A DNA stretch of 64,000 bases from Cyanophora paradoxa CCMP329. Lineage: Eukaryota; Plantae; Glaucophyta. The stretch covers positions 119,844 to 183,843 of the forward strand of contig QPMI01000531.1 of NCBI GenBank assembly GCA_004431415.1, read 5' to 3'. Below are positions 1 to 11,727 of the stretch, one piece after another. Under the pieces are notes generated by a model. That model ran no database searches, was not told the origin of the DNA, and saw only the letters and a program-made list of their open reading frames with translations. The translations under genes and the position numbers were made by a program. Position 1 is the first letter of the stretch. Each line of letters starts with the position of its first letter.

Positions 1-1006
1 CCAGCCTTTGAGGCCGTGAAGCCGCTCTCGGATGATCATGAAGATAACCTGGCGCCGGCGAAGCGCGCACTGGATGCGCGGCTAGCGCTGGGCCTTGGCC
101 CTGAACCCGTGCGCCCGGCCCCCGCGCCCGGCGGCCCGCCCGGCCCGCGCGCGCGCGCGCGACGCCCGCTCACTCGGCCGCAGAAGCTATCGTCCGACGG
201 ATATCGATCGATATCGCGGGACGATCAGGCGGATCATCCTGGCGGAGCACGCGCGCCAGCGGAAGTTTCACCGACTCAGTGAACAATTTGAGCAAGATCG
301 TATACGACTTAGTTGTTTATGTTTCACTGAACAATTTGAGCAAGATCGCACACGAACGTGCGTAGCTAGCTAGCGCGCGCCTTAGGGAAGAGAAAAAGAG
401 GGGCGTACATGGGGTACCCCCCCTCAAGCATTTGACAAATATTTGACCTAGCCGAGGGGCCAAGCATTTGAGCCGGCCGGCTGGGGTGCTTGGCTTGGCT
501 TGACTCCGGAAGGCCAAAATTTGGCTTGGCTTGGCTTGAAGCCGGGGGGGGTCAAGCATCAGGCCTACCGCGCCGGCGCCGGCCCGGCGGGCGGTGAAGG
601 GGGTTTCGGAGCACCTGGTTTCGGAGCACCTGGTTTCGGAGCTCGCCTGGGGGTATCGATGATCGCGCACTTCCGCGCGCGGGTCCCCGCGAGCAAGGAC
701 TTGCCAAGGAGATGGAGGATCATGGAGCACGAAAGTGCAGGCACGTGGGGCGTGTCTCGTGCGGAGTCGCGATCGTGCCGCGAGTCGTGCGCCAGCGCCG
801 GCCCAGCCGCCCACGCCCACGTGCCGCCAAGGCGGCCCAGCCCGCCCCAGCCTCGCTCGACTATCTTCTAATGCGAATTTCAACAATAAAACACCTGCTC
901 CGGTCCCGAGCGAGCGGGACAACGAAGCAACGAAGGGGCGGGGGAACACGGGCCGCGGGCGCTGCGGCCTGCGGCCTGCGGCGCCGGGTGCTATTTACAG
1001 GGGCGC

Positions 1007-3040
1007 TCAGTCGAGAAGCGAGTGCGGGGGCTGCTGCGGGGCGGCGGGGGCGGTGGCCGGCGGGGGTCCCGGCGCGTAGTACGGGGGCGGGGCAGGGTAG
1101 TAGGCCGGGGGCGGGGCCGGGAAGTGCGCCCACCCGGCGGCGTGGGGGGCGGCGGCAGGCCCACGCCGGCGCCCGGGGCGGGGCGGCATGCGCGGGTACA
1201 TGGGCGGGAAGTGGGCCTGGGCCGGGGGCGGGGCGGGGCCGGGACGGCGACGGCGGGGCGGGGCGCGGCGGCAGCGGCGGCGCCGGCGGCAGCGCCGGCG
1301 GCGGCAGCGACGGAGACGACCTGGGAGAGGGGGGCGGGCTCGGGGGCGGGGGCGGGGCGGGCCTCCTCGGCGAGGAGCGGGGCGCGCTGGCCGGCCTCGA
1401 CGGAGCCGGCGCTGTCGGCGCGGACGAGGCTGTAGTTGTGGCGCTGCAGCAGCCGCCGCACCGTCTCCCCGAGCTGCACGCTCGGCACCTCCCAGCGGAA
1501 GGCGGGGAGGGCGAGGTCGCGCCGGGCCCGCACGCGGCGGACGCAGCAGCACGCCAGCCGCGCCAGGCCCACCAGCAGCAGCACGCTCACCACCCCCGCC
1601 ACGAACCCGTGCTTCTGCTCGCCCCGTCAGCCGTGCGCGGGGCGGGGGGCGGGGGCGACGGGGGAGCGCACGGCGCCCATGCCGAAGAAGCGGTGCGCCA
1701 TGCGGCGGCGCTGCTCCATGCGGGCGTGGAGCATGCGCCCGAAGGCGTCCAGCCGCATCTCGAAGGTGCGCACGGCGCCCAGCAGGCACGCCACGCGCTC
1801 GTCGCCGGCCTGCGTGCGCGGCGGTGAGCGGGGCGGCGCGGGGCCGGGCCGGGCGGGGGCGGGGCTGGGCGGGCGGCGCACGAGGGCGCGGCACTTGTCG
1901 AGCTCGGAGGGGGCTGGCGGGGCGCGGGGACGGGCCCGGGCGGGCTCCGGGAGCGGGGCGGGTCGGCGGCGGGGACGAAGGCGACCCAGGCCTCCACCAC
2001 GACCCGGTGCTCCGAGACCGGCTCCGCAGGGGACCCCGACGAGTGCCACGCCGGCAGCGGCGGCCCCGGCGGCATCTCCCCGCGCGGCGGCGGCGGAGGC
2101 ATCTCGCCGCGCGGCGGCGGCGGAGGCATCTCGCCGCGCGGCGGCGGTGGCATCTCGCCGCGCATCTTCTTGCCGGCCGGCTCGTCGTGGCCGTGCTCGG
2201 CGCGGGTCGCCATGCGCTCGGGTATCGCCATGCGGTGCTCACCGCCCTTGAAGCCGGGGCCCATCGCCCCGCGCGGGCCCTCCGGGCCGCCGGGGCCCGC
2301 GCGGCCCCAGCGCTCCATGCGCATGCGGATCCAGTTGCGGACGGTCTGTTCGAGCTGATCGAAGTCCTCCACGAGGCACTTGCCCTTCTCGTCGCCCTGC
2401 GAGGCCCCGTGAGCCCGCGCGACGCTTCTCGAAGGTTCGAGCCGGACCTGCAGCGCGTCGCACTTGCGCGCGTCCGGGATCTCGGGCATCGGGGGCATCG
2501 GGCCCTCCTCGTGCCCGTGGCAAAGGAGCGAGCGGCCGCCGTGGCCGTGAGGGCCGCCGTTCGCGCCCGGGCCGCCGTGGGGCCCGCCGCGGCCGTGCCA
2601 TTCGCGCATGCGCTGCATCGTCATACGAAGGAAGTCCTCCAGGGCCGCGATGGTCTTCATCGCGCAGACAGAGAGCGCCTCCCCCTTCTCAGACTGACAC
2701 TTGTCCACGTTCGCGGGGCCGCCGGGGCGGATCAGCTGTGGCGGCACGCCGAGTCAGCGTTCGGAGGGGCGCGGGCGAAAAGGAGCCGGCGGACCTCCTC
2801 GAACTCCTCCAGGGGCCCTCCGTGCGGCCCAGGAGGGCCGTGTGGCCCCGGTCCCGGGCCCCAAGCGCCGCGGGGGCCATCGCCCCGCGGGCCGTGACCC
2901 TCGTCGTGGTCCCGGTGACGAAGTTTGGCGTGGTCGCCGTGCTTATCCCCATCCTTCTTCTCGTGCTCCTTGTGTCCGTGGGCCGCAACGATCGCCGCAC
3001 CCGCGACCAGCAGGAGGACGAAGAGCGCCCCGCGGCGCAT
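1007..3040 (-). CDS. Spliced type-I membrane protein: signal peptide, His/Gly/Pro-rich linkers, three CX10C helical modules, TM helix, Pro/Tyr-rich cytoplasmic tail
   Basis: MRRGALFVLLLVAGAAIVAA signal at 3040; modules DKCQSEKGEALSVC, RKCDALQ/GDEKGKC, DKCRAL/AGDERVAC; TM FVAGVVSVLLLVGLARLACCC; tail YYPAPPPYYAP; short introns join the ORF pieces. Confidence 0.7.
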
Positions 3041-3209
3041 GATGCTGTGGATGCTGCTGTAGCGGCTCGTGAATGCTGCTGCGGCTGCTGGTAATGCTAG
3101 TGACTTCTTGTGGAAGCCGAGGAGGAACTTTCTGCCGCGCCCGAAGCGCGTGCGAAATGATGCCGAAATCTCGAGCTCCGACGTCGACGAAGGCACCACG
3201 TAAGACTGC

Positions 3210-3245
<36 letters not shown>

Positions 3246-3574
3246 TTCGGTAACCCTCCCGGCCGGCGTCGAACCCGTGCCTTGGCGTTTGCTCGTGGTG
3301 GAGCGGCGCGTTTCTCCAGTGATCGGCAGGAGCGGCGCAGCGCGTCGGGAAGCAACGGGGGACCTGAGCCGACGAGTCGCGTCGAACGCACCATCGATCT
3401 GACCGGACCGCCTGTGCGGCAGCAGCAGGTGCGCCTGCGGCAGGTTTCGCGGTTCGATAGGCCGCGCTATTCGATAGAGTTCGGTTACGGCGCCGCGCCC
3501 AGTCGTCCCGCGCCGGCTGACGCGATGCCGGTGCGCGAAGGTTGTGCAAGGGCCGGTCCCCATCGCTGGTTGCA

Positions 3575-6500
3575 ATGGCAGACCGCCACGACAGACCCGG
3601 GGCGAAGAAAGCAAGGGAGGCGGCGGGCCCTTACTATGACTCCAGGGGCCAGCAAGCGACGACTTCGGCCCAGCAAGCTTCTGCAGCTGAGACCATGGAA
3701 CTTAACCAGCGTACGCGCGTCATCGAGGATGTTTTTCTGCTGCTGACTCCGTGCAGGCCCTTCGGTTGACGGTTTGATTGAGATCAGTGCGCGCCCCCGC
3801 CGGCCGCACGCGAGATCGCAAGCGGAACTGACGGATCCCGGAACTGCGCGCAGAGGCGGACATACTCTTCAAGGGAGAGGAGCTTGGGAAAGGGTGCGTC
3901 TGGGAGGGCAGCGGGTGGCGGCCCGGGGCCGACTTTGACTGGGGGCCGCAGGGCGTGCGCGACGGTCTACAAGGGGAAGTATATGCTCGACGACGTGGCC
4001 ATCAAGGAGTTCAGCGACTACTACGACCCCAGCTTCGCTTCCGAGGCGCGCGCGCCCCGTCCTCGGCGCCGCGCGCCGCCCCCGCGCCCACCCCTGACCG
4101 CGCGCGCAGTTCAGAATCCAGCTTATGACGACGCACAGCCACGTGGTAAAAATCATCGGAGCGCAGACGAAGCAGCCGCCCCTTCGCATCGTCATGGTCC
4201 GCAGCGCCGGCCGGCCCGCCCGCCCGCCGCCGGCCCGGGCGTCGAGCGCGGGGGCGCAGGAGCTGATGGGCGGCAATCTGCGCTCGGTCGTGCTGGAAGA
4301 CCTTGGGGTTGAGCTGAGCCTGGCCGACCGTCTCCGCCTCATGCGCCAGGCCCGCCGGCCGGCCCCCGCGCGCTCGCCGCCCACCCGACGCGGCCTTGAC
4401 GCCGCCCCGGGGCAGGTCTGCCTGGGCCTCTGCGCCCTGCACAGCAAGAGCCCTCACATCGTGCACGGCGACCTCAAGGCCCGCCCGCCCCGCCCGCGCC
4501 GCCGCTCGCCGGGGTCTCACGGGGGCGGGGCGCATCGCGCAGAGCCTGAACGTGCTGGTGAAGAAGACGGGGGGCCCGGAGCGCTTCGAGTGCAAGCTCT
4601 CGGACTTCGGCCTGGCGAAGATCATGGAGGCGACGAAGACCTCCATGCTCGCCCGGCAGCCCCAGCAGGCCGCCCCCACCGACTCCGCCCCGCACGGCGG
4701 CGCCGGCTCCTTCCCCTGGATGGGTGCGCCCCGCCCCGCCCCGCCCCGCCCGCCCCGCCCCGGCTGGACGTGACGCGGCGGGGCGGCGGGGCAGCGCCGG
4801 AGGTGATGGGCGGGCAGCAGGCGACGCGGAGCAGCGACGTGTACAGCTTCGCGACCGTCTGCTGGGAGATCCTCACGCGGCGGGCGCCCCACGCCGGCCT
4901 CACCCCTCAAAACGTGCCGTCGCTCCCGGGCGTGCGCCGGCCCCAGCGGGCGCTGAGCGGCGCGCAGATCGTGTCGCTGATCGGGCGGCGGGGATCGGAG
5001 GCGGACGCGATGCTCGACGATGGTCGTGATCGCGAGAGGTTCCTGCCCCACGCGCTCCCGCCCGACTGCCCGGAGCCCCTCCGCAGGGTCCGCCGGCCCC
5101 TCGCCCCGCTGCGCCGCCCTGGGCCTCTGACGGGGCCGGCAGCTGCTGGTGCGCTGCTGGAGCGTCGACCGGGCGGCGCGGCCGACGGCGCTCGAGGCCC
5201 TCGACGAGCTCACCCGCCTCGAGGCCGAGGCGACGCAGCACGCCAGTGCGCCCGCCCCCCTCCTCCCTACCCCCAGTGCCTCCACCGCCTCACCGCCGCC
5301 GGCCGCAGCGGCGCTCGTCGCGGCGCACGTCGACGCGTACATGGGGGAGCACGGCGGCAGCGAGCAGAACCGCGACGCCCGCCTCGAACTCCGCCTCTGC
5401 AAGGTCCCCCGCCCCCTCCCCCGCCCCGCCCCGCCCCGCCCCGCCCCGCCCCGCCCCGCCCTGCCCGCCCTTTGGCGAGCGGGGGGCGCAGCTGGTGAAA
5501 GAGTACGAGCGGTCGCCGCGCGCCGCGGAGCTCCTCTCCGCCTTTGCCGCCGAAGTGCAGAGCCGGCGCGCCCCGCCCCGCGCCGCCCCGCGCCGCCCCG
5601 CGCCGCCCAGAGCGAACGGGGGCGCAGATTCTCCCCCGACGCGATCCGAGTGGACGAGAAGCTGGGGCGCGAGATGCGCGTCGTCGGGATGCTGCCCGAG
5701 ATATGCAAGCTGTGGGCGCGCTTCTTGGCGACCCAGAGCTTCGTGGGGGCCGACGGGCGCGCCTACTGGAGGCGGGCGGCGCTGGCGGACATCACGAGGG
5801 CCGAGTTCAACTTCGTCTCGCTCGGCGAACCCCAGTTCCGCGAGATCCTCGCCATCGGTGCCCGCCGCCCCCGCCCCCGCCAGGCCCGCGCGGGGCCGAC
5901 TCGGGGCGTGCAGCGCTGCCGGAGCGGCGGGAGCACGTGGCGCAGGAGACGTACACGGAGGACGAGGTGCGCGAGTTCTGCTACTGGCTCCACCCCGTCG
6001 CCATCACCCACCGCAGCGTGCGCGCCGCCCCCCGCCCCCCGCCGCCCGCCCCCCGCCCTCATCCCAGCCGGGGCGCAGCTTGAGAGGCTCTTCGTGGGCG
6101 GCGCCCGCGTCGGCGACGCCTTCCTCACCCTCGAGGTGACCCCCGCCCCGGGGGCGGGGGCGGGGCCCCTGCGCGGCCGCCCGAGCCGGGCCCGGGGGCG
6201 CGCAGGCGGCGGAGCAGAAGATAACGGCGGAGGCGGCCGACACGTACCTGCTGCGCCTCACGAAGCGCAAGTGGCCCGAAGAGTACGCAGGCGCCGCCAC
6301 CGCCACCTACAAGACCGTGCGCCCCCGCCCCCCGCCCCTCGCCGCCCCGGCCGCCCCGCCGAGCGCCCCCCCCCCCCCCCTCCGCGCGCAGAACGGGCAG
6401 GTGCTCCACCGGCGCATACCCCCGACCCTCGACTCCGCGGACGCGGTTCGGGTTCGCACGCCTTCCCCCTCCTCGCCTTCCCTCGCCCCCCCCCCCCCCC

Positions 6501-6647
6501 CCCCCCCCCCCCTCCCCCCGCCCACGCCCCCTGCGCCAGGCGTACCTGCTGGAGCTTCCCGACCTCGGGAAGCTGCCCTCGTACTTCCAGCGCCGGCCCG
6601 ACAACTACGTCACCGACGCGCGCCCGCACGTCCCCTCGCTGCTCTGA
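3575..6647 (+). CDS. Tyrosine-kinase-like (TKL) protein kinase with C-terminal SH2-like domain, multi-exon
   Basis: Spliced motifs LGKG/ACATVYKG, VAIK, HGDLK/SLN, KLSDFGLAK, GSFPWM/APE, SDVYSFATVCWEILT, CWSVDRAARPT; C-terminal DTYLLRLTKRKWPEEYAGAATATYK..QVLHRRIP; start codon (3575 or 3695) uncertain. Confidence 0.85.
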
Positions 6648-7229
6648 CGCCCGGCACGGACGAAACCAGTTGATCACGAGTAGCAGCAGTAACAGTCGCC
6701 TCGGCGACGAGTACTATTGCTAGCAGTATTGCATGATCGGGGGCGGGTTCGGCGGGTTAAGCCTTGAAGGAGCCTGGAGGAGGCCTAGGTATACGGGTAT
6801 ACGTAGGACGGCCGCGGGGGGTACCCGGTGTACATGTCCCTGACACTTGCACGCTCTGACTTGAGTCGGCCGCTAGAATGCAGCGGGGTAGGGTAGGCGC
6901 AGGCTGCCGCGCGCGCAGCCGCCAGCTCGTGATCAGCAGGTACCCATATGCATGGCCACCTCCGCCGCGGAGCCGCTAGCGCTTAGCCCCGGGCCCGAGG
7001 CAGATCCGATGATCCCTTACCTCTAGTACATAAGCTTGCAGTTGCTGTCGCGATGCCCATGATCTGATTGCAAGCCTTCAAGCCTAAGAAAATCTCCCTT
7101 CCCCCAATTGCAACCTTGAACTGGGCCACCGGGCCACCCATCATGGCCATGGCATGGCCATGACCAGCTGAGTCGACGTTCGACCCTCGTGCACCGTGGG
7201 CACGCGCGGCCGCCGGGCATGTTCGAGTG

Positions 7230-7343
7230 TACATGTCGACGTCGGGTTATAAATTAGTGCTATATATATATATGGATTCTGCCTCTAGCTGCGAGCTGTA
7301 TACGTAATTCTACTGCCTCCGAGGCTCTAACTATAATCGATAT
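7230..7343 (+). repeat. Left copy of ~114-bp direct repeat X flanking the YR element
   Basis: tacatgtcgacgtcggg...ctataatcgatat; matches 13191-13306 except one TA unit. Confidence 0.95.
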
Positions 7344-7504
7344 TCGAACCTATGTGAGCGTCAGCGTAGCATAGGGCAGTGTATGGCTGCCAAATAAAGG
7401 CAGCCTTGCTTACGCACATATGTACAAGGGGCGCACTTACAAGTTATAAGTGCGCCCCTGGGGTACAAGCCTCAGTCTTGCTTCGCAGCCAAGGCCTCTA
7501 AGCT
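7344..7504 (+). repeat. Split direct repeat A1
   Basis: tcgaacctatgtgagc...ggcctctaagct recurs at 9386-9545. Confidence 0.95.
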
Positions 7505-7510
7505 GAGGTC

Positions 7511-8592
7511 ATGGCTCGCTCGCGGAGGAGCCCATCGTGGGCCCCTCTGTTCGTAGTCGTCTTGACCATCATTCTGCTCGTCGCCTGTGCCGAGGCGGCG
7601 CAGAAACGCAAGTCAACGGCCACTGGTGCGCGCAAGTCGGCCAAACCCAAGACGGCGACGACCCCGCGCCCCAGGCCCGGAGGTCGTCATCTCGTCTTCA
7701 AGCTCCGGCCAACGACAGTGCGGAGGAGGAGCAGCCTGCACCTCCGCCGACGCGATCTCGCAAAGGCAAGGAGAAAGCCGTGTCGCCGGATCCGGACCAG
7801 CAGCAGTCCGACCCAGAAGATGAACCTGAGGACGACGTTGCCGTTAGACTGGCACAGCGTGAGCAGTTCGGTGGCGCCTACGACGAGGAAGAGCAAGTGG
7901 CTGCGCGCAACTTTCCGAACTTGGCGCAAGTGGATCCGGGCGCGGCTGGCCCGTCAACCGGCTTCACCCGTCACCTTCAAGGCCCTTATGCTGTACCCGC
8001 TGCAACTCGACTGCCCCAACGTCGACCAAACCGGCAGCGGGTGCGCTTCCGCCAGCGTGGGCTGAGCTACTTCAGCGTGGGATAGATAGCGCGGTCATCA
8101 AGCTTCAAGAGCAGCAGCAGCAGCAGCTCGGCGAGCAGCAGAAAGACAACCATGAGGCTATGCAGCTCAAAAACCCGTGGCTTCGTGAGCTTGCCCTGCA
8201 GCTATCGCAGCTTAAGTTTCAGCTCAAGAGATGCTCTTCGTGCACTGCGTGCTACGATCACGTAAAGCAGAGCCTCAAAATCCTCGACGAGCTCCGGAAG
8301 CGGATCGACATTCGCGACAAGGCGGCGACAAGCTTGCCGAGCGGCTGGCAGGTGTGCCAGAGGAGTATCGGGGCACGGCTGCGGCGCTGGCGCACGCGCT
8401 CAACATTGCTGCCCGGAGGCCGCCGGCGGCGCCCGTATGTGCAGCACGCCAACCCGCGGCCCCAGCACCAGGGCCGCGATCGCCCGCCGTCGCAGCGCAA
8501 CAGCGGGATGTGTTTCCGCTGCAACAAGCCCGGCATGTCGTGAAGGATTGCCCGAACGAGCCGCGCCCCGGCTGGCGCGACCCCCCAAGTAG
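7511..8592 (+). CDS. gag: Gag-like ORF of YR retrotransposon (frameshifted)
   Basis: ATG 6 nt after repeat A; C-terminal knuckle CFRCNKPG(H)VVKDC at ~8510-8555 across a 1-nt frameshift. Confidence 0.75.
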
Positions 8593-9324
8593 ACGTGCGC
8601 GCCCTTGTGTGGACGCGCAGTTTTCGTTTCGCATTTCGCTAGATACTAGTGTTTCGGTGTGTTCTTGCAAGCATAAGTATTGCTAGCATATGCAAGTGCA
8701 GTCTTCAGAAGATCTAGAGTGTGCGTGTATGCTTCCCTAAACATGCAATACATGTATTATGCTTCCATTTCATGTGATGGTGTACATGTGGCCGGGTGCG
8801 GCATTGTGGCCGGGTGCGGCATAGTCATTACCAGCCGTGGTGGCGCCGGCGTGCTGTGGCTTTATGCATTGGTCCTGTGTGCATTTGCATGTGTTAACAC
8901 TGTGAAGTGTGACTGTGATTGTAGTCTACTTTTCTTTTCAATGCTAGTGGCATATATTGCCCTCTGGATGACTCCAACCTGGCAGAGCCCCAGCTGACTC
9001 CCGGCAACTGACCTGTTTCCAGCACAGGTCAGGAGTGCTGCTGGCTGTCGAGCTCCTGGCCCCCTCCGGCCTTCCCGTGTGTCGCTATCGCATACTGGGC
9101 GCTCTGAAATTAACCTAGTGCATTTTGCAGGTGAGGAGTACACAAGGGTACGAAGATTCCATGATGCCAACTGTTCCCGCTGATATCGCAGGTTGGCGCA
9201 TTCATCCAGAAAGTCCATGCCTGTGCAAATGTGTTGTGGCACTGTGGGTGCATTGTGGCACTGTGTGTGCATGTGAGCTCAAGACTTGAACCAACAAGCA
9301 CATTGACACGCTCACTCTTATATT

Positions 9325-9545
9325 CTTCATGACAAGACATGTTGTGCTTAGCTTGCTGTAAGCAAGGCTGCCGTGGCAGCCATACTCGAACCTATGTGAG
9401 CGTCAGCGTAGCATAGGGCAGTGTATGGCTGCCAAATAAAGGCAGCCTTGCTTACGCACATATGTACAAGGGGCGCACTTACAAGTTATAAGTGCGCCCT
9501 GGGGTACAAGCCTCAGTCTTGCTTCGCAGCCAAGGCCTCTAAGCT
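9325..9545 (+). repeat. Internal B1-A2 junction (template for the circle junction)
   Basis: B (9325-9385) identical to 13133-13193, directly fused to A (9386-9545). Confidence 0.95.
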
Positions 9546-9613
9546 TCTTCCCGTTCGCGTGTCACCATCTTCAAGCCAGCGGCTGCATGGACCATCAGCT
9601 GTAGCAGTGCTAG

Positions 9614-11571
9614 ATGGGCACCGCGATAATTGGGCATGTCTGCCAATGCAAGGCCTCACCTCACTTTGCAGGAGGCTTTGTTGCATCCTGCATTCAAGCT
9701 GCAGTCCAACAGTGGAGAGCGATTGGAGCCAATGATGTCGTGCTCAACTGGATCTTGCGTGGTTTCCCTTTGTCAGGAGCGAGGCGGCTGCCAGCAGAGC
9801 GCCGGGCCAACCACAAGTCTGCGGCTGTGGACCATCAGGACTTTGTGAGAACCGAAATTCAGAAGCTTTTGCGCACGGGAGCGATCAGAGAAGTTGAAGA
9901 AGCTCAAGTGAACATTGTCTGCTCACTGTCCGTGGTGCCCAAGAAGACTGGATCCAAGTTGCGGCTCATCTGGGATGGCCGGCCTACCAATAAAGGCCTT
10001 CCGGACATCCCTTCAAGTATGAGACTCTTGAGCATGTTGCAGCCATGCTGCGCCAAGGCTGGTACATGTTCACTATTGACCTTGAATCTGGATACCACCA
10101 CGTGCCAGTCTCACCGCAAGACTGGCGGAACATGGGCTTTGAGTTTGACAGCAAATTCTATGTGTACACAGTTTTGCCCTTCGGCCTCAAGCACTCACCG
10201 TTTGCATTCGTCAAGATCATGCGACAAGTGGTCAACTACTTCCGCCGCTTTGGCATCTTCGTGGTGAACTATGTTGACGACTGGTGGTTTGCTGCTCCAA
10301 CCTACGAGAAGGCCTGTGAATTGCGGGATTTCGTCCTCAAAACATTTGCTGCCTCAAGCTTGTGGTCAACAGCAAATCTGAGCTCACCCCAGCACAGTCG
10401 GTGGCTTTCTTGGGCTTCATAGTGGACTCCGCCCGCATGTTGTTTGAAGTACCCAAGACAAGCTTGGTCGTCTGCTTGCTTTGATCAAAGGGCTTCTGAA
10501 GAAAAAGAAATCAGCATCTGCACGTGAAATGGCCAAGGTCGCCGGCACCCTTGTGTCCATGGCACGGGCTTGGCTCCAGCTCGCATCAAGACCAGGTCCC
10601 TCTTTCGATACATCAATGTCGTGGCAAGAGAATGGCATTGGAATCATCCAGTGGAGCTCACCAATGAGACTCGTCGGAACTTGAGTGGTGGCTGGCCAAC
10701 ATCCACCGATACAATGGCCGCTGCCCTATTCGGCCTGAAAGGCTCCTTGTGTTGACTACGGATGCAAGCCATGTTGGTGCAGGAGCCTGGATCACTACCC
10801 GAATTGGTGATGCTCAACCTGTGGCTTGGGAGCTTGAGCCTGCCCATTCCAGTGCCTGTGGAACCAAGAAGAAGCTCAGCAAATTTCGTCGTGGCGCGAG
10901 TTAATGGCAGTGCTTCGCGCTATGCAGCACTATCAAGGTTTATTGCGCAATCAGAACATCTTAGTTCGCTCGGACAACACAGTGACTGTGGCCTACATCA
11001 ACAATGGTGGCGGAAGACATGAATACCTTTGCCGAGTTGCAGCAGCAATTTGGGATATTGCTCTGCTCAATTGCATCAGCATTGAAGCAGAACACATTCC
11101 TGGTGTTGACAATGAGTGGTCCGATGCTTTGAGTCGCTACTTTTACCCGCCGACTACTCTTTGAAACCTGGGTATTTTGCCATGGTCAGTCGGACATTTG
11201 GACCTTTTGATATTGATCGTATGGCCTCATCAGCCAACACTCACCTAAATCGATACTTTTCCATTGATTTGAATGATCGACATGCTGAAGGATATGATTG
11301 CTTTACAGCAACCTGGCGTGGTGCTCGTAATTACGTCTTTCCGGACCCAAATGTCCTCTTGCACCTTGTGTCACATGTCCGCCAGTGTAGGGCCTCGGCA
11401 GTTTTTATTGTCCCTCAGTGGCCCTCAGCTCCATGGTGGCCACAGTTGCAGCTTGCCTTGCGTGCACCTGCAATGGTGCTTGGCCCAGCATATGACGTGT
11501 GCTATCGCGGGCCTCGCTCGGCACAGTTACCTTCCTGGATTCTTGTTGCTCTTTATGTGTCGTGGGAGTAG
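9614..11571 (+). CDS. pol: Pol: reverse transcriptase, RNase H and N6-adenine methyltransferase-like domain (frameshifted)
   Basis: VVPKK..KLRLIWD, IDLESGYHH, LPFGL, NYVDD; TDAS, RSDNTVTVAYIN, HIPGVDNEWSDALSR; GPFDIDRMASSAN..YVFPDP..VPQWPSAPWW. Confidence 0.92.
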
Positions 11572-11727
11572 ATTGAAGGCTCTTGCTGCAGAATTCAACT
11601 CCTGCTCATCTCTGCTCAGCTTACTTTGTCCAGCAACAGGGATAGAAAGCTTGAGTGGGGGGCTTTAAAAAGAAGAAGAAGAAATGTAGTCTGACATACC
11701 CTTGACTCTGGTGATGCAGGTGCTCGT

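Noticed and set aside
280-348. 21-bp direct repeat TGAACAATTTGAGCAAGATCG
   Set aside because: Only two copies and no context to interpret
3211-3245. Long poly-C run (also ~6487-6511 and poly-G near 17720-17850)
   Set aside because: Homopolymer lengths are unreliable and no function is evident
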